Shown here piece by piece: positions 29,896-42,251 of a DNA stretch of 64,000 nucleotides. The notes beneath the pieces are model-generated. The model was given only the letters and a program-made list of their open reading frames with translations. It was not told the origin of the DNA and searched no databases. The translations under genes and the position numbers were made by a program. This stretch comes from an uncultured Spirochaetia bacterium (GTDB lineage: Bacteria; Spirochaetota; UBA4802; UBA5368): the NCBI GenBank assembly GCA_937877025.1, contig CALEGE010000002.1, forward strand, positions 41,189 through 105,188, given 5' to 3'. The first letter of the stretch is position 1, and the number at the start of each line of letters is the position of its first letter.

Positions 29896-31539
29896 ATGAA
29901 AAAATACATTTCCCTCGTACTGGCTGTTTTCTTTCTCCTTCTCTTTTCAGTATACGTTTTTGCCGAGCAGGTTATCGGCGTATCGTCATTTACAAACCTT
30001 ACCGGCGACAAATCAATGTCGTGGCTGGAGGTCGGCATCGCGGAGTCGGTTTCGTATAAACTGAGAAACATCCAGGATTATATCGTCATCGACCGCGTCA
30101 ACGTTGATAAAGTCGTCAACGAGGTTCAACTGGGCCAGTCCGGGCTGCTTGATGACACAAAGGCGAAAAAAGCCGGCAAGGCCCTCGGCGCCGATATTAT
30201 TGTCGTTGGAAGCTACATGAAAAGCAACAACCGCATACGGATCAACGCGAAACTCATTGAAGTCGAAAGCCACAAGATTCTAAAGCAGGTACAGGCGGAC
30301 GGTGTTCTCGATAATATATTCGAATTACAGGATGAGATTGCGCTGAAAATAATCAACCAGACAAACATCGCCATCACTCAGGATGTGAAGGATAAAATTA
30401 CGCAGAATTTCACAAGCAATATCAGCGCCTACGAGTTTTATGTAAAAGGCCAGGAGTTTTTACTCAACAAGCTGGACTACCCGAAGGCAATCGAAATGTT
30501 CAACAAGGCGATCAATATCGATAAAAATTACAGCCTCGCCTATGCCGGCCTCGGCAAGGCATACTCGCTTCGCAACTGGGAGCAGAGAAATTACGCCAAC
30601 AAATTCGATCCGGGCCTGCTTGAAAATTCTTACACGTTCAGTAAAAAGGCGCTGGAAATAAATCCCAACCTCGACGAAGCGCACCTTTCCCTTGCGCGAT
30701 ATTACCAGGAGGCGGACGAGAAGCGGTTTGCAAACAAATGGCAGCTGTGCGAAGATGAAACTCGTAAAGCGCTCGCTATCAATCCAAACAACGCAGAAGC
30801 CTACTTTCTGCTTAGCCGTATCTACGGCTACGATGACGCGAAGGAGGAAGATTACCTGCTGCAGGCCATCAGAAAAAACAATTTTCTTACCGATGCCCAT
30901 AACAATCTCGGCGTAATTTACCTTGACCAGAACAAGCTCGATCTCGCCGAGCAATCCTTTAAAAAGGCCGTCGAGATTGATCCAGGATTCAAAACCGGCT
31001 ACATGAACCTCGGCGTCGTGTACGATAGAAAGAACGAACTCGACAAGGCGCTGGACATGTACAAAACCGTGCTCCAGAAATATCCCGATTATCCTCTTGG
31101 CATATTGAATCTCGGAATCGGCTACCGCCGTCTCAACATGCTCGACCAGGCCATGGAGCAGTTTCGAAAGGCGGTGAAAATAAAGCCTGATTATGCGAAC
31201 GCATGGAGTGAGATCGGTTATATTTATCTTCTGAAAGAACAATACCGCGACGCAATCAAGAACTACCTTGCCTCGCTGAAGTACGATCCTCAATACAGGT
31301 ACAGTCTCGCAAATCTCGGATATTGCTATACGCAACTCAATGAATATGACAACGCGATAAAATATCTCAAGCAGGCACATCAATATCACTCGGACTATGC
31401 GTGGCCGGCGGGATATCTCGGATGGCTCTACAGGTACAAAATAAACGATCCCGTCAACGCAAAGTACTGGTATTCCGAAGCGATCAAACGCGATCCCGGC
31501 AATCAGGATTATCAGCAGAATCTACGGGAACTGCAATAA
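29896..31539 (+). CDS. Exported TPR protein with N-terminal CsgG/FlgO/TolB-N-like domain
   Basis: Signal peptide, FTNLTGD..W, GKALGADIIVVGSY, about 10 TPR repeats. Confidence 0.85.
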   Translation: MKKYISLVLAVFFLLLFSVYVFAEQVIGVSSFTNLTGDKSMSWLEVGIAESVSYKLRNIQDYIVIDRVNVDKVVNEVQLGQSGLLDDTKAKKAGKALGADIIVVGSYMKSNNRIRINAKLIEVESHKILKQVQADGVLDNIFELQDEIALKIINQTNIAITQDVKDKITQNFTSNISAYEFYVKGQEFLLNKLDYPKAIEMFNKAINIDKNYSLAYAGLGKAYSLRNWEQRNYANKFDPGLLENSYTFSKKALEINPNLDEAHLSLARYYQEADEKRFANKWQLCEDETRKALAINPNNAEAYFLLSRIYGYDDAKEEDYLLQAIRKNNFLTDAHNNLGVIYLDQNKLDLAEQSFKKAVEIDPGFKTGYMNLGVVYDRKNELDKALDMYKTVLQKYPDYPLGILNLGIGYRRLNMLDQAMEQFRKAVKIKPDYANAWSEIGYIYLLKEQYRDAIKNYLASLKYDPQYRYSLANLGYCYTQLNEYDNAIKYLKQAHQYHSDYAWPAGYLGWLYRYKINDPVNAKYWYSEAIKRDPGNQDYQQNLRELQ

Positions 31540-31543
31540 TTTC

Positions 31544-31589
31544 AAAATCCGGCAGGGCAAAACATTGACATCCCCGCCGGATTTTTTTT
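31544..31589 (+). terminator. Rho-independent terminator after the TPR gene
   Basis: AAAATCCGGCAGGG...CCCCGCCGGATTTTTTTT. Confidence 0.65.
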
Positions 31590-31901
31590 ATCCACACAAA
31601 AACACCCGGTTTTTAACATAAATCCCTTTTTTATTAACACTGAATCAATACTTATTCACCGGTTATTCGCAGGTTATTAAGAATATTTAAAAATTTTTAT
31701 TAATTCATAAAACAGGGAATTAATTAGTTGCAAAATAACCATGAATGCAATAGAGAAAATTATCGCGGTTACATACACAGTGTCAGACCGTATCTTTCTG
31801 AGACATAACATCTGTGACATAATATCGGAAAAAATTATACAGATATTATAGAATATTTGTATATATTATAAACAAAGTTATTAACAATTGTTAATAACTT
31901 T
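31588..31901. promoter_or_regulatory. oriC part 1 / dnaA promoter with DnaA-box cluster
   Basis: TTATCCACA 31588-31596; variants TTATTAACA 31631 and 31878, TTATTCACC 31652, TTATTCGCA 31663, TTATAAACA 31866, TGTTAATAA 31889; AT-rich. Confidence 0.85.
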
Positions 31902-33253
31902 TGGATTTATCTATGGTTACGGAAATCTGGGGAAAAGTTTTAACGACTATTCAGTCGAACATTAATAAGCAGTCTTTTGATATGTGGCTCAAGGATACCG
32001 AGCCCGTATCTCTTATGGAAAATATTATCAAGGTTAAGGTTACCGATGAAGTGGCGCGCCGCCACATTTCGGATAATTACTCCACATTGATATCTACAAT
32101 TGTAAAAGATATAACCGGTGATAATATATACTGCGAATTTGTTACCGGCAACGGATATGATTCTGTAAAAGAGGCTCCTGCCTCTTTATCGGCCGTTGCA
32201 CCGCACGGCGATACGTCGCCCGATCACTCAACGCAGCGTTTATATCCGAAATACACGTTTGAAAATTTCGTTGTGGGCCCCAACAATCAGCTTGCGCATG
32301 CGGCTGCCGTTTCAGTATCGCGCTCCCCTGCAACACAATATAATCCACTTTTTATTTATGGCGGTACGGGGCTGGGCAAAACACACCTCATGCAGGCGAT
32401 CGGCCACTATATAATAAAAGAGCGGCCATACCTCAAGGTGTTATACGTGCCGAGCGAGGAATTCTTAAACGATTTTTTACAGTCGATCCGAACGAACACC
32501 ATATCGAGTTTTAAGATTAAATATCGCAATGTCGATGTTCTCCTCATCGACGACATACAGTTCATCGAGAAAAAAGAGCAGACGCAGGAGGAATTCTTCC
32601 ACACCTTCAATACGCTGCATAACAACAAAAAGCAGATCGTTATTTCAAGCGATCGCCCGCCCAAGGAGCTTTCAACCCTTGAGGAAAGGTTGCGAACACG
32701 TTTTGAATGGGGTCTTATCACCGACATTCAGCCGCCAAATCTCGAGACGCGAGAGGCCATCCTTCGCAACAAGGCTGAAAGGGAAAACATGAATATCCCT
32801 GACGAGGTGCTGAACTATATCGCACGTCGAATAAAATCCAGCATTCGCGCCCTTGAAGCCGCGCTGATTCGTCTCAATGCCGTCGCGCTGATAGAAAATG
32901 AGCCGATTAATATCTCGCATGCGAAAATACACCTGAAAGACCTTTTTGACGAAGATACGCAGAAAAAAATATCGCTTTCCGATATAATGTTGAAGGTGAC
33001 CACGAAATTCGATGTTTCAATTGAGGAATTAGTCTCAAAAAGCAGACACAGCAAAATCGTGCAGCCCCGTTTTATCGCCATGTATCTTGCCCGTAAGCTG
33101 ACCGAAATGACAACTATCGAAATAGGCAAGGAATTCGGGGACAGGGATCATTCAACCGTTTTAAATGCGATGAACAATGTTGAAAGAATGATCAAAGAAG
33201 ATGAGGAATTTCAGGAATTAATTGATGATATGCTTAATGAAATGAGAGGTTGA
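31901..33253 (+). CDS. dnaA: Chromosomal replication initiator DnaA
   Basis: YTFENFVVG, YNPLFIYGGTGLGKTHL, LLIDDIQF, RDHSTV. Start TTG 31901 or ATG 31913. Confidence 0.99.
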   Translation: MDLSMVTEIWGKVLTTIQSNINKQSFDMWLKDTEPVSLMENIIKVKVTDEVARRHISDNYSTLISTIVKDITGDNIYCEFVTGNGYDSVKEAPASLSAVAPHGDTSPDHSTQRLYPKYTFENFVVGPNNQLAHAAAVSVSRSPATQYNPLFIYGGTGLGKTHLMQAIGHYIIKERPYLKVLYVPSEEFLNDFLQSIRTNTISSFKIKYRNVDVLLIDDIQFIEKKEQTQEEFFHTFNTLHNNKKQIVISSDRPPKELSTLEERLRTRFEWGLITDIQPPNLETREAILRNKAERENMNIPDEVLNYIARRIKSSIRALEAALIRLNAVALIENEPINISHAKIHLKDLFDEDTQKKISLSDIMLKVTTKFDVSIEELVSKSRHSKIVQPRFIAMYLARKLTEMTTIEIGKEFGDRDHSTVLNAMNNVERMIKEDEEFQELIDDMLNEMRG

Positions 33254-33512
33254 TTTGCTGTTGATAACTTCTTACACCGTGTGATTATCGCTCATTGATT
33301 CACTCCTTATCCCGATTTAAACTCGTGATATGTATCAGTTTTTCTTTTTCACTCATAATGAAAAAACCGACTCGAAGAAATTCACAATGTATTGATTTAG
33401 ATACTGCTGAAAAATTCAAGGATTCGGGTGTTATTCACATATTTTTTAATACTAATACTACTGCTATATAATATATTAATTATATAGTAAAGATATAGTA
33501 ATACAGTGGAGT
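33254..33512. promoter_or_regulatory. oriC part 2: DnaA boxes, DnaA-trio-like tract and AT-rich unwinding element
   Basis: TGTTGATAA 33259-33267; TTATTCACA 33431-33439 followed by TAATACTAATACTACTGCTA and an AT-only run. Confidence 0.8.
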
Positions 33513-33518
33513 GTGGAC

Positions 33519-34643
33519 ATGTCAATAGTGGTCGATAAAGATATCCTGCAGCATGCTATTTTGATAGCTGATGCCATCGTATCTTCAAAGAATGTCAATA
33601 CCATCCTTTCAAACTGCCTTTTTCATATTTACCGTGACTCGATTGAGATAGTGTCAACTGATAACGAAATCGGCATCAGAACACGCCTGGATGCAGTATC
33701 CGACGGGGAGATATTTTTTACCGCAAATGGGAAGCGTTTTGCGGGCATACTTAAAGAGTTACCGAAAGGCGAGGTGGTAATCGATATTTCCGAAAACTAC
33801 CAGATAGACATCAAAACAAAAGCAAAGGATATTAAGGCCAATTATACGCTGGTGGGGACATCGAAAGACGAGTATCCGGAAATCCCATTTTTCTATGATG
33901 ATAATGTAATTGAAATCAACCAGAGTGTGCTTCGTGACATGTTCCGCAAGGTTTTACATGCCGCTGCAACCGATACAATAAAACCGGTTTTTAATGGCGT
34001 ATACCTTGTTTCGGATACGCCGGGAATGCTTACCGTTGTGGCGACGGATTCGCGCCGGCTTGCTATTATTTCAAGGATGATGGAAAACGATATCCAGATT
34101 TCGGATGGCGTAATAATTCCTTTGAAGACAGTAAGCGAAGTTGTTCGGTTGCTTGAACCGACAGGAAATTGCAGATTTTCCCTGTTTGAAAACCAGTGTT
34201 TTTTCAAAATAGGAGAAACGGAAATCGTTTCAAGAATAATCGATGGGCAGTTTCCGAATTACAGACAGGTGATACCGAAAGAGCAGGGCATTACTGCGGT
34301 TGTGGAAACAAAAAAGATAAATGATTCGTTGCGGCGGGCCATGGTATTTACACGCGAACCGGTGAATAAGGTGTTGATGCACGTTGGTAAAAATTCTCTT
34401 GTTCTGGAAACTAAAACACCGGAGCTTGGCGAATCTACCGAAGAGATACCGCTCGAGTCGAATGCCGAGGGCATATTTTCCATCGGTGTAAATGCACAGT
34501 TTTTAATGGACACGCTCAAAGAGATTGATACATTTTCGATGAATATCGGTTTTACGGGCCAGATGAGTCCCATTACGATATCCCCGGAAAATGATGATAG
34601 ATTTATATCCGTAATAATGCCCATACAGATAAAATCTGCATAG
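33519..34643 (+). CDS. dnaN: DNA polymerase III beta clamp
   Basis: STDNEI, VATDSRRL, SRIIDGQFPNYRQVIP, VIMPI; follows dnaA. Confidence 0.97.
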   Translation: MSIVVDKDILQHAILIADAIVSSKNVNTILSNCLFHIYRDSIEIVSTDNEIGIRTRLDAVSDGEIFFTANGKRFAGILKELPKGEVVIDISENYQIDIKTKAKDIKANYTLVGTSKDEYPEIPFFYDDNVIEINQSVLRDMFRKVLHAAATDTIKPVFNGVYLVSDTPGMLTVVATDSRRLAIISRMMENDIQISDGVIIPLKTVSEVVRLLEPTGNCRFSLFENQCFFKIGETEIVSRIIDGQFPNYRQVIPKEQGITAVVETKKINDSLRRAMVFTREPVNKVLMHVGKNSLVLETKTPELGESTEEIPLESNAEGIFSIGVNAQFLMDTLKEIDTFSMNIGFTGQMSPITISPENDDRFISVIMPIQIKSA

Positions 34644-34715
34644 ATGTGGCGGACATGGCGCTGTCCGCACAAACGGGACATATCGAATACCCGGGCGAAC
34701 TTTGTATGTATCAGC

Positions 34716-35825
34716 ATGTTTATTAAAAAGCTCATCCTGAAAAATTTTAGAAACTATGCGCGTCTTTCCGCCGAGTTATCCCCGAATATGAATTTTATAA
34801 TCGGCGATAACGGTACCGGGAAAACCAATATACTGGAAGCTATTTCTGTTGCGGCGAATTTAAAGTCGTTCAGGGGGGTTCACGATACGGATATCGTCTT
34901 ATGGGGGGAGCAATCATATTTTTGTCACGTTGACCTTGATGATACGCGGTATGCTGAATTTGAAATAGGCTGCGCTATTATTAATGGAAAAGTTAAAAAA
35001 CGGGCTAAAATAGATGGTGTGGAAGTCAGAAAAGCCTCGGATTACTTTGGACGGCTTTTAACGGTAATTTTTTCCCCCGGTGATATCGCTATCATTACCG
35101 GCGCCCCTGAAATTCGCAGAAAATTTATTGATGGCGTTATTTCAAGGATAGATGTTTCCTACCTTGACCATTTGCAAAATTTTAAGAGAATCCTCGTATC
35201 GAGAAACAGGGTGTTGAAATCATTACAGGAGGGGAAATCCTTTTCCCATGATGAGCTTTTCGTCTGGGATTCCATGTACGCTGACATATGTTCGATACTG
35301 ATCGGCGAAAGGATCAAGTTTATACGTTCTTTCTACCCTGTATTTTATGACGCATACGCGCGCATAGCTGATGGAGAGCGGCCTCCCGGAATACAGTATT
35401 TGAACAACACGCGCGAGACTGATTCGAGCGCGATAATGAAACAGCTTGTAGTGAACCGCAAAAACGATATAGCGACAGGCTCAACCGGTATGGGTCCCCA
35501 GCGTGACGATTATGTGTTTGCGGATGAGCATGGGCGTGTGTTTAATAATTATGCGTCACAGGGACAGAAAAGAACGGCGGCCATCGCGCTGAAAAATGCG
35601 GAGGCGGAAATCATTGAAACGAAACGCCAGGATAAAGTAATATTGATGGTGGATGATATTTTTTCCGAGCTTGATTCAAAACGCAGAAAATGCATGATAG
35701 AAATTCTCAAGGGCAAAAGGCAGGTCATATTCACGATGGCAAATACCCTATCGCTCGATAGTACGGGATTTGAAGCGGATAAAAGGTTTATTATTCAAAC
35801 AAGTGGACAGTTACGCGAAGTATGA
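34716..35825 (+). CDS. recF: DNA replication/repair protein RecF
   Basis: NFRNY, GDNGTGKTNILEA, GPQRDD, ASQGQKR, VDDIFSELD. Confidence 0.96.
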   Translation: MFIKKLILKNFRNYARLSAELSPNMNFIIGDNGTGKTNILEAISVAANLKSFRGVHDTDIVLWGEQSYFCHVDLDDTRYAEFEIGCAIINGKVKKRAKIDGVEVRKASDYFGRLLTVIFSPGDIAIITGAPEIRRKFIDGVISRIDVSYLDHLQNFKRILVSRNRVLKSLQEGKSFSHDELFVWDSMYADICSILIGERIKFIRSFYPVFYDAYARIADGERPPGIQYLNNTRETDSSAIMKQLVVNRKNDIATGSTGMGPQRDDYVFADEHGRVFNNYASQGQKRTAAIALKNAEAEIIETKRQDKVILMVDDIFSELDSKRRKCMIEILKGKRQVIFTMANTLSLDSTGFEADKRFIIQTSGQLREV

Positions 35826-36187
35826 AGTTTAAATTCAATGAAACAAGAAATAACAAAATAGTATCATTTTCAAGTGTTTTGCCTTCTGTTATTTCCCGGT
35901 TCGATATAGGAGAGCAATATTTAATTGCGTCACTCCAGGCGGTATGGCATGAGATCGTCGGAGATCTCGTTGCGACGCACAGCATCCCGGTCAAATTATA
36001 TAACGGGATATGTGTGGTGCTGGTGGATCATCCCGTATATGCAAATGAATTAAGTATGATGAAAAATTTGATACTTGAATATATCGGCGCAAAGCTCAGT
36101 TCGGCGTCGGTTCGAGATATAAAAATAAAGGTTTCTAAAATCGAATGGAATAAAAATAAATCCTCCACCAAGGACACAAGGCGATAA
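35822..36187 (+). CDS. DUF721 / DciA-like helicase-loading protein
   Basis: WHEIVGDLVATHSIP, position between recF and gyrB. Confidence 0.8.
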   Translation: MKFKFNETRNNKIVSFSSVLPSVISRFDIGEQYLIASLQAVWHEIVGDLVATHSIPVKLYNGICVVLVDHPVYANELSMMKNLILEYIGAKLSSASVRDIKIKVSKIEWNKNKSSTKDTRR

Positions 36188-36190
36188 CAC

Positions 36191-38327
<2,137 letters not shown>

Positions 38328-38361
38328 AAATGACGAGAATTATGGTTGAGGAGATGGTTCG

Positions 38362-40824
38362 GTGACGAAGAAGGATGGAAAAAAAGACGGCGTCGAAATA
38401 ATGCAGAAAGTCATCAATGTAGAAATTGAAGAGCAGATGAAAGACGCATATATGGCCTATGCAATGAGCGTTATCGTAGGCAGGGCCCTTCCTGATGTAC
38501 GCGACGGCCTGAAACCGGTGCACCGCCGGATTTTGCATGCAATGAATGAACGCGCGTGGCGAAGCGATCGCCCGTACGTTAAATCCGCGAAAATCGTCGG
38601 AGAGGTCATCGGTAATTTTCATCCGCACGGCGACGTGGCGGTGTATGATACGATGGTGCGCATGGCGCAGGATTTTTCCATGCGGAGCCCGCTTATCGAT
38701 GGGCAGGGCAATTTCGGTTCGGTCGACGGGGATCCGCCTGCGGCGTACAGGTATACGGAGGCACGCCTCGCGAAGCTCGCGGAGGATCTTTTAAAGGATA
38801 TCGACAAGGAGACGGTCGATTTTACGCCGAATTTCGACGACACACGGAAAGAACCGCTGGTGCTGCCGGCGGCGTTTCCGAACCTGCTGGTCAACGGATC
38901 GTCCGGTATCGCTGTTGGTATGGCGACGAACATCCCCCCGCAAAACCTGGGTGAGGTTATCGACGGAACCATTGAGCTTATCGACAATCCGGATATAAGC
39001 ATTAAACAGCTTATAAAAATAATCAAGGGGCCGGATTTCCCGACCGCCGGCATTATTATGGGATCGGATGGCATATACAAGGCGTATTCAACCGGCAGGG
39101 GCAGCATCATTATACGCGGAAGAATTGAATTTGAAGAGATAAAAAAGGGGCGTGAGGCGATTGTCATCACGGAAATCCCTTATCAGGTAAACAAGGCAAC
39201 GCTCATTTCCCGCATTGCCGATCTCGTTAACAACAAGGTAATCGAAGGAATCGCGGAATTGCGCGATGAATCGGACCGGTCGGGGTTGCGAATCGTGATA
39301 GGGCTGAAAAGGGATGCAAACAGCAGCGTCATTATCAATCAACTTTATAAGCACACGCCGCTTCAGACGTCGTTCGGCGTTATCCTCCTGGCGCTGGTGA
39401 ATAACGAGCCGAAGGTGCTGGATTTAAAGGGGATGCTGTCTCATTATATTCTGCACCGCAAGAATGTGGTGACCCGGCGTACGCAGTATGAACTGAAAAA
39501 AGCGGAAGAAAGGGCGCACATACTCGAAGGTCTTAAAATTGCGCTGGATAACATCGACGAGGTTATCAGCATTATCCGTTCTTCGAAAACGGTGGAAGAT
39601 GCCGATGGGCGGCTGCGCAAGCGCTTCAAGCTGTCCGAGATACAATCCAAGGCGATTCTTGAAATGAGGCTGCAACGCCTTACCTCCCTTGAGGTTAAAA
39701 AGATCGTCGATGAGTTGAAAGCGCTGCTCAAGCTCATAGAGGAATTGAAGGCGATTCTCAAGAGCGATAAACGCATTCTCGGTATCGTAAAAGACGAGCT
39801 TTTGGCCATCAAGGAAAAATACAGCGATAAAAGAAGAACGGAAATACTGATCGGGGGAGAATCGTCAACGTCGTTTGACATGGAAGACCTCATCGCCGAG
39901 GAGGATATGGTTATCACCATTACGAATGACGGCTTTATCCGAAGGCTTTCCGTGGACACCTTCAAGAAGCAGCGAAGGGGCGGCAAGGGTATTACGGGGA
40001 TGTCGTCGAAAAAAGAAGATTTCATCAAGATGATGATGATCGCTTCCACGCACGACATGATATTCCTTTTTTCAAATAAGGGAAAAATTTTCGCGCTCAA
40101 GACATATGAAATTCCAGCGGCGTCGAGGACCAGCAGGGGGAAATCGCTTAAGGGCATCATCAATCTCTCGACGGGCGAGGATATTTCCGCGATATGCGCC
40201 GTACCGGATTTTGAGAACGAGGCGTTCCTGTGTATGGTGACCCGCACAGGCATCCTGAAAAAAACGGCGGTGGATGAATTCAGAAACGCGAAAAAGGGCG
40301 GTATTATCGCGCTCAATCTTCGAAAAGACGACGAGCTCGTCGAAGTCAAGCTGGTCAACAAGGGGGATGATGTCGTCATCGCCTCCAGGAATGGATTGCT
40401 GCTGAAAACAAATCTTGCATCGATGCGTTCGATGGGCAGAAACTCTGCGGGGATCATCGGGATGCGCCTGTCGCAGAGTGACGCGGTCGTGGGGATGGAT
40501 GTCGCCAGGAAAAATTCATCGCTGTTCGTAGTAAGCAGCCTTGGATTCGGGAAGCGCATAGATTACAAGAACTTCCAGTCGAAGGGCAGGGGCGGCAAGG
40601 GTATGGCCTATCTCAAGGTGACCGATAAAAACGGCCCGGCTATCTCGATACGCTCGGTATTTCCCGAGGATGAGATAATAATCGCGTCCAGAAGCGGCAT
40701 GACGATACGGTTGCTTGCGCAGGATATTTCTCTCCAGGGAAGGGCTACCGTGGGCGTGAAGCTGCTCGATGTGGGAGAAAACGACGAGGTTACCGATTGC
40801 GCGGTGATTTCGGATGAAAAATGA
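38362..40824 (+). CDS. gyrA: DNA gyrase subunit A
   Basis: RALPDVRDGLKPVHRR, HPHGD, AAYRYTEARL, GyrA box QRRGGKG. Confidence 0.99.
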   Translation: MTKKDGKKDGVEIMQKVINVEIEEQMKDAYMAYAMSVIVGRALPDVRDGLKPVHRRILHAMNERAWRSDRPYVKSAKIVGEVIGNFHPHGDVAVYDTMVRMAQDFSMRSPLIDGQGNFGSVDGDPPAAYRYTEARLAKLAEDLLKDIDKETVDFTPNFDDTRKEPLVLPAAFPNLLVNGSSGIAVGMATNIPPQNLGEVIDGTIELIDNPDISIKQLIKIIKGPDFPTAGIIMGSDGIYKAYSTGRGSIIIRGRIEFEEIKKGREAIVITEIPYQVNKATLISRIADLVNNKVIEGIAELRDESDRSGLRIVIGLKRDANSSVIINQLYKHTPLQTSFGVILLALVNNEPKVLDLKGMLSHYILHRKNVVTRRTQYELKKAEERAHILEGLKIALDNIDEVISIIRSSKTVEDADGRLRKRFKLSEIQSKAILEMRLQRLTSLEVKKIVDELKALLKLIEELKAILKSDKRILGIVKDELLAIKEKYSDKRRTEILIGGESSTSFDMEDLIAEEDMVITITNDGFIRRLSVDTFKKQRRGGKGITGMSSKKEDFIKMMMIASTHDMIFLFSNKGKIFALKTYEIPAASRTSRGKSLKGIINLSTGEDISAICAVPDFENEAFLCMVTRTGILKKTAVDEFRNAKKGGIIALNLRKDDELVEVKLVNKGDDVVIASRNGLLLKTNLASMRSMGRNSAGIIGMRLSQSDAVVGMDVARKNSSLFVVSSLGFGKRIDYKNFQSKGRGGKGMAYLKVTDKNGPAISIRSVFPEDEIIIASRSGMTIRLLAQDISLQGRATVGVKLLDVGENDEVTDCAVISDEK

Positions 40825-40858
40825 TAAAAAAGGGGAGCGTTAAGCCCCCCTTTTTTAT
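40824..40858. terminator. Bidirectional terminator between gyrA and the SPOR gene
   Basis: ATAAAAAAGGGGAGC..GCCCCCCTTTTTTAT between convergent genes. Confidence 0.8.
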
Positions 40859-40860
40859 CG

Positions 40861-41664
40861 CTACTCTTTCACAAGATAACTTTCTTCATAGCGGCTGTTG
40901 GTCTGGATCTCCTTCATTACATCAACAGCCTTGTTTTTCGACGCGATAGGTCCTATCCGCACCCTGAAATAATTTTTTCCGTTGACCAGGCTGCGATCGA
41001 TATAAGAATCGTAGCTGAGCTTTTTCAGTGATTCAACTTCGGCGAGCGCCTTGGCGCGTTTGTCGAACGACGCGACCTGAACTGCGTACCCCTTTTTATG
41101 AGTGGAAGCGTCATAGTTTTTTTCTTTTGACGATACCTCCACAATCCGGTGTTTCTTCGCAGGCTTTTCCTTTTTTGCGATATTTTTATGTTTGGCTGTC
41201 TGCTTTGGATTCTCGACGGCCGGTCTCTTTTCTGGCTCCATGGGGGGAATGACTTCCTGTATGGTATCGGACGTGAGTATGTCGGAGGATGCCGGATTTT
41301 TTCCGGCCGCAACGCTTTCGTTATTTTTCGCGAAATAATCCCTGCTTTTTTCATCGGGAGGCAGGATGCTGTTTTTTGAGGTATCGGGCGTGATTCCCGG
41401 TATATGCTCGTCGGTAATAGAGAGCGCCGATTTTGTATCCGCGGGATTCTCGGTTATGGGAAAATCGTACAGCGCATCTTTTGACGCAAACGTGTCTTCG
41501 GCTTTCGATCCGGGGTGTGTAAGGTTCATACCGAGCAAAAACGATATTATGATGACGCCGATAAACACCGCGCCAATAATTATTAAACGGGGCGTGTCGA
41601 GGTGAAGGATGTACATGTTTTTTTCCTTCATTCCTTTCGCGCGCATTTCATCAAACTGTTCCAT
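40861..41664 (-). CDS. SPOR-domain cell-division protein (FtsN/DedD-like)
   Basis: N-terminal TM, low-complexity linker, YAVQVASF...YFRVRIGP. Confidence 0.87.
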   Translation of the reverse strand: MEQFDEMRAKGMKEKNMYILHLDTPRLIIIGAVFIGVIIISFLLGMNLTHPGSKAEDTFASKDALYDFPITENPADTKSALSITDEHIPGITPDTSKNSILPPDEKSRDYFAKNNESVAAGKNPASSDILTSDTIQEVIPPMEPEKRPAVENPKQTAKHKNIAKKEKPAKKHRIVEVSSKEKNYDASTHKKGYAVQVASFDKRAKALAEVESLKKLSYDSYIDRSLVNGKNYFRVRIGPIASKNKAVDVMKEIQTNSRYEESYLVKE

Positions 41665-42230
41665 ATGTCTGCTACCTGCCTTCGTGTATTTTCCAGGGTT
41701 GAAGAATTATCTATTACATAATCGGCCAGCTGCTTCTTACGGTTGAGAGAAAATTGGTGATTCAACCGGGCCTGTATCTCCTCCGCTGTTATGCCGTCTC
41801 TTTTTATCCCGCGATTGATTACCTGTTCGCTTTCAGCGACGACAACGATGTTTTTATCCATATGGCGATCGAATCCGCTTTCAAAAAGAAGGGGGGTGTT
41901 TATCATGTAGATTGCGTCGGGATTTGATGAAACGATATCCATCACTCGTTGTAAAATAAGCGGGTGCGTGATGTCGTTGAGCCTCTGTACGCGGATCTCG
42001 TCGGAAAAAACCGTATTTGCAAATCTCCGCCGATCAAGGCCGCCGGTATCGGAAAGAATACCATCGCCGAATTCCTTCACGAGCATGGCGAGGCCTTCCG
42101 AGCCAGGTTCGACAATTTCCCGCGCGATGATGTCGGTATCGATCACCCTTGCCCCAAGATCCTCGAACATGGCGCATACCGTTCCCTTTCCTGACGCAAA
42201 AATGCCTGTCACGCCGATTTTCATACACAT
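41628..42230 (-). CDS. coaE: Dephospho-CoA kinase
   Basis: IGVTGIFASGKGTV, LNDITHP, PLLFE, ADYVIDN. Confidence 0.95.
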   Translation of the reverse strand: MCMKIGVTGIFASGKGTVCAMFEDLGARVIDTDIIAREIVEPGSEGLAMLVKEFGDGILSDTGGLDRRRFANTVFSDEIRVQRLNDITHPLILQRVMDIVSSNPDAIYMINTPLLFESGFDRHMDKNIVVVAESEQVINRGIKRDGITAEEIQARLNHQFSLNRKKQLADYVIDNSSTLENTRRQVADIWNSLMKCARKE

Positions 42231-42251
42231 CCTCCGTGCCGGGGGTACAAT

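Noticed and set aside
30460..31389. 309-aa minus-strand ORF
   Set aside because: Antisense to the TPR gene.
39444..40559. 371-aa minus-strand ORF
   Set aside because: Antisense to gyrA; Ser-rich shadow composition.
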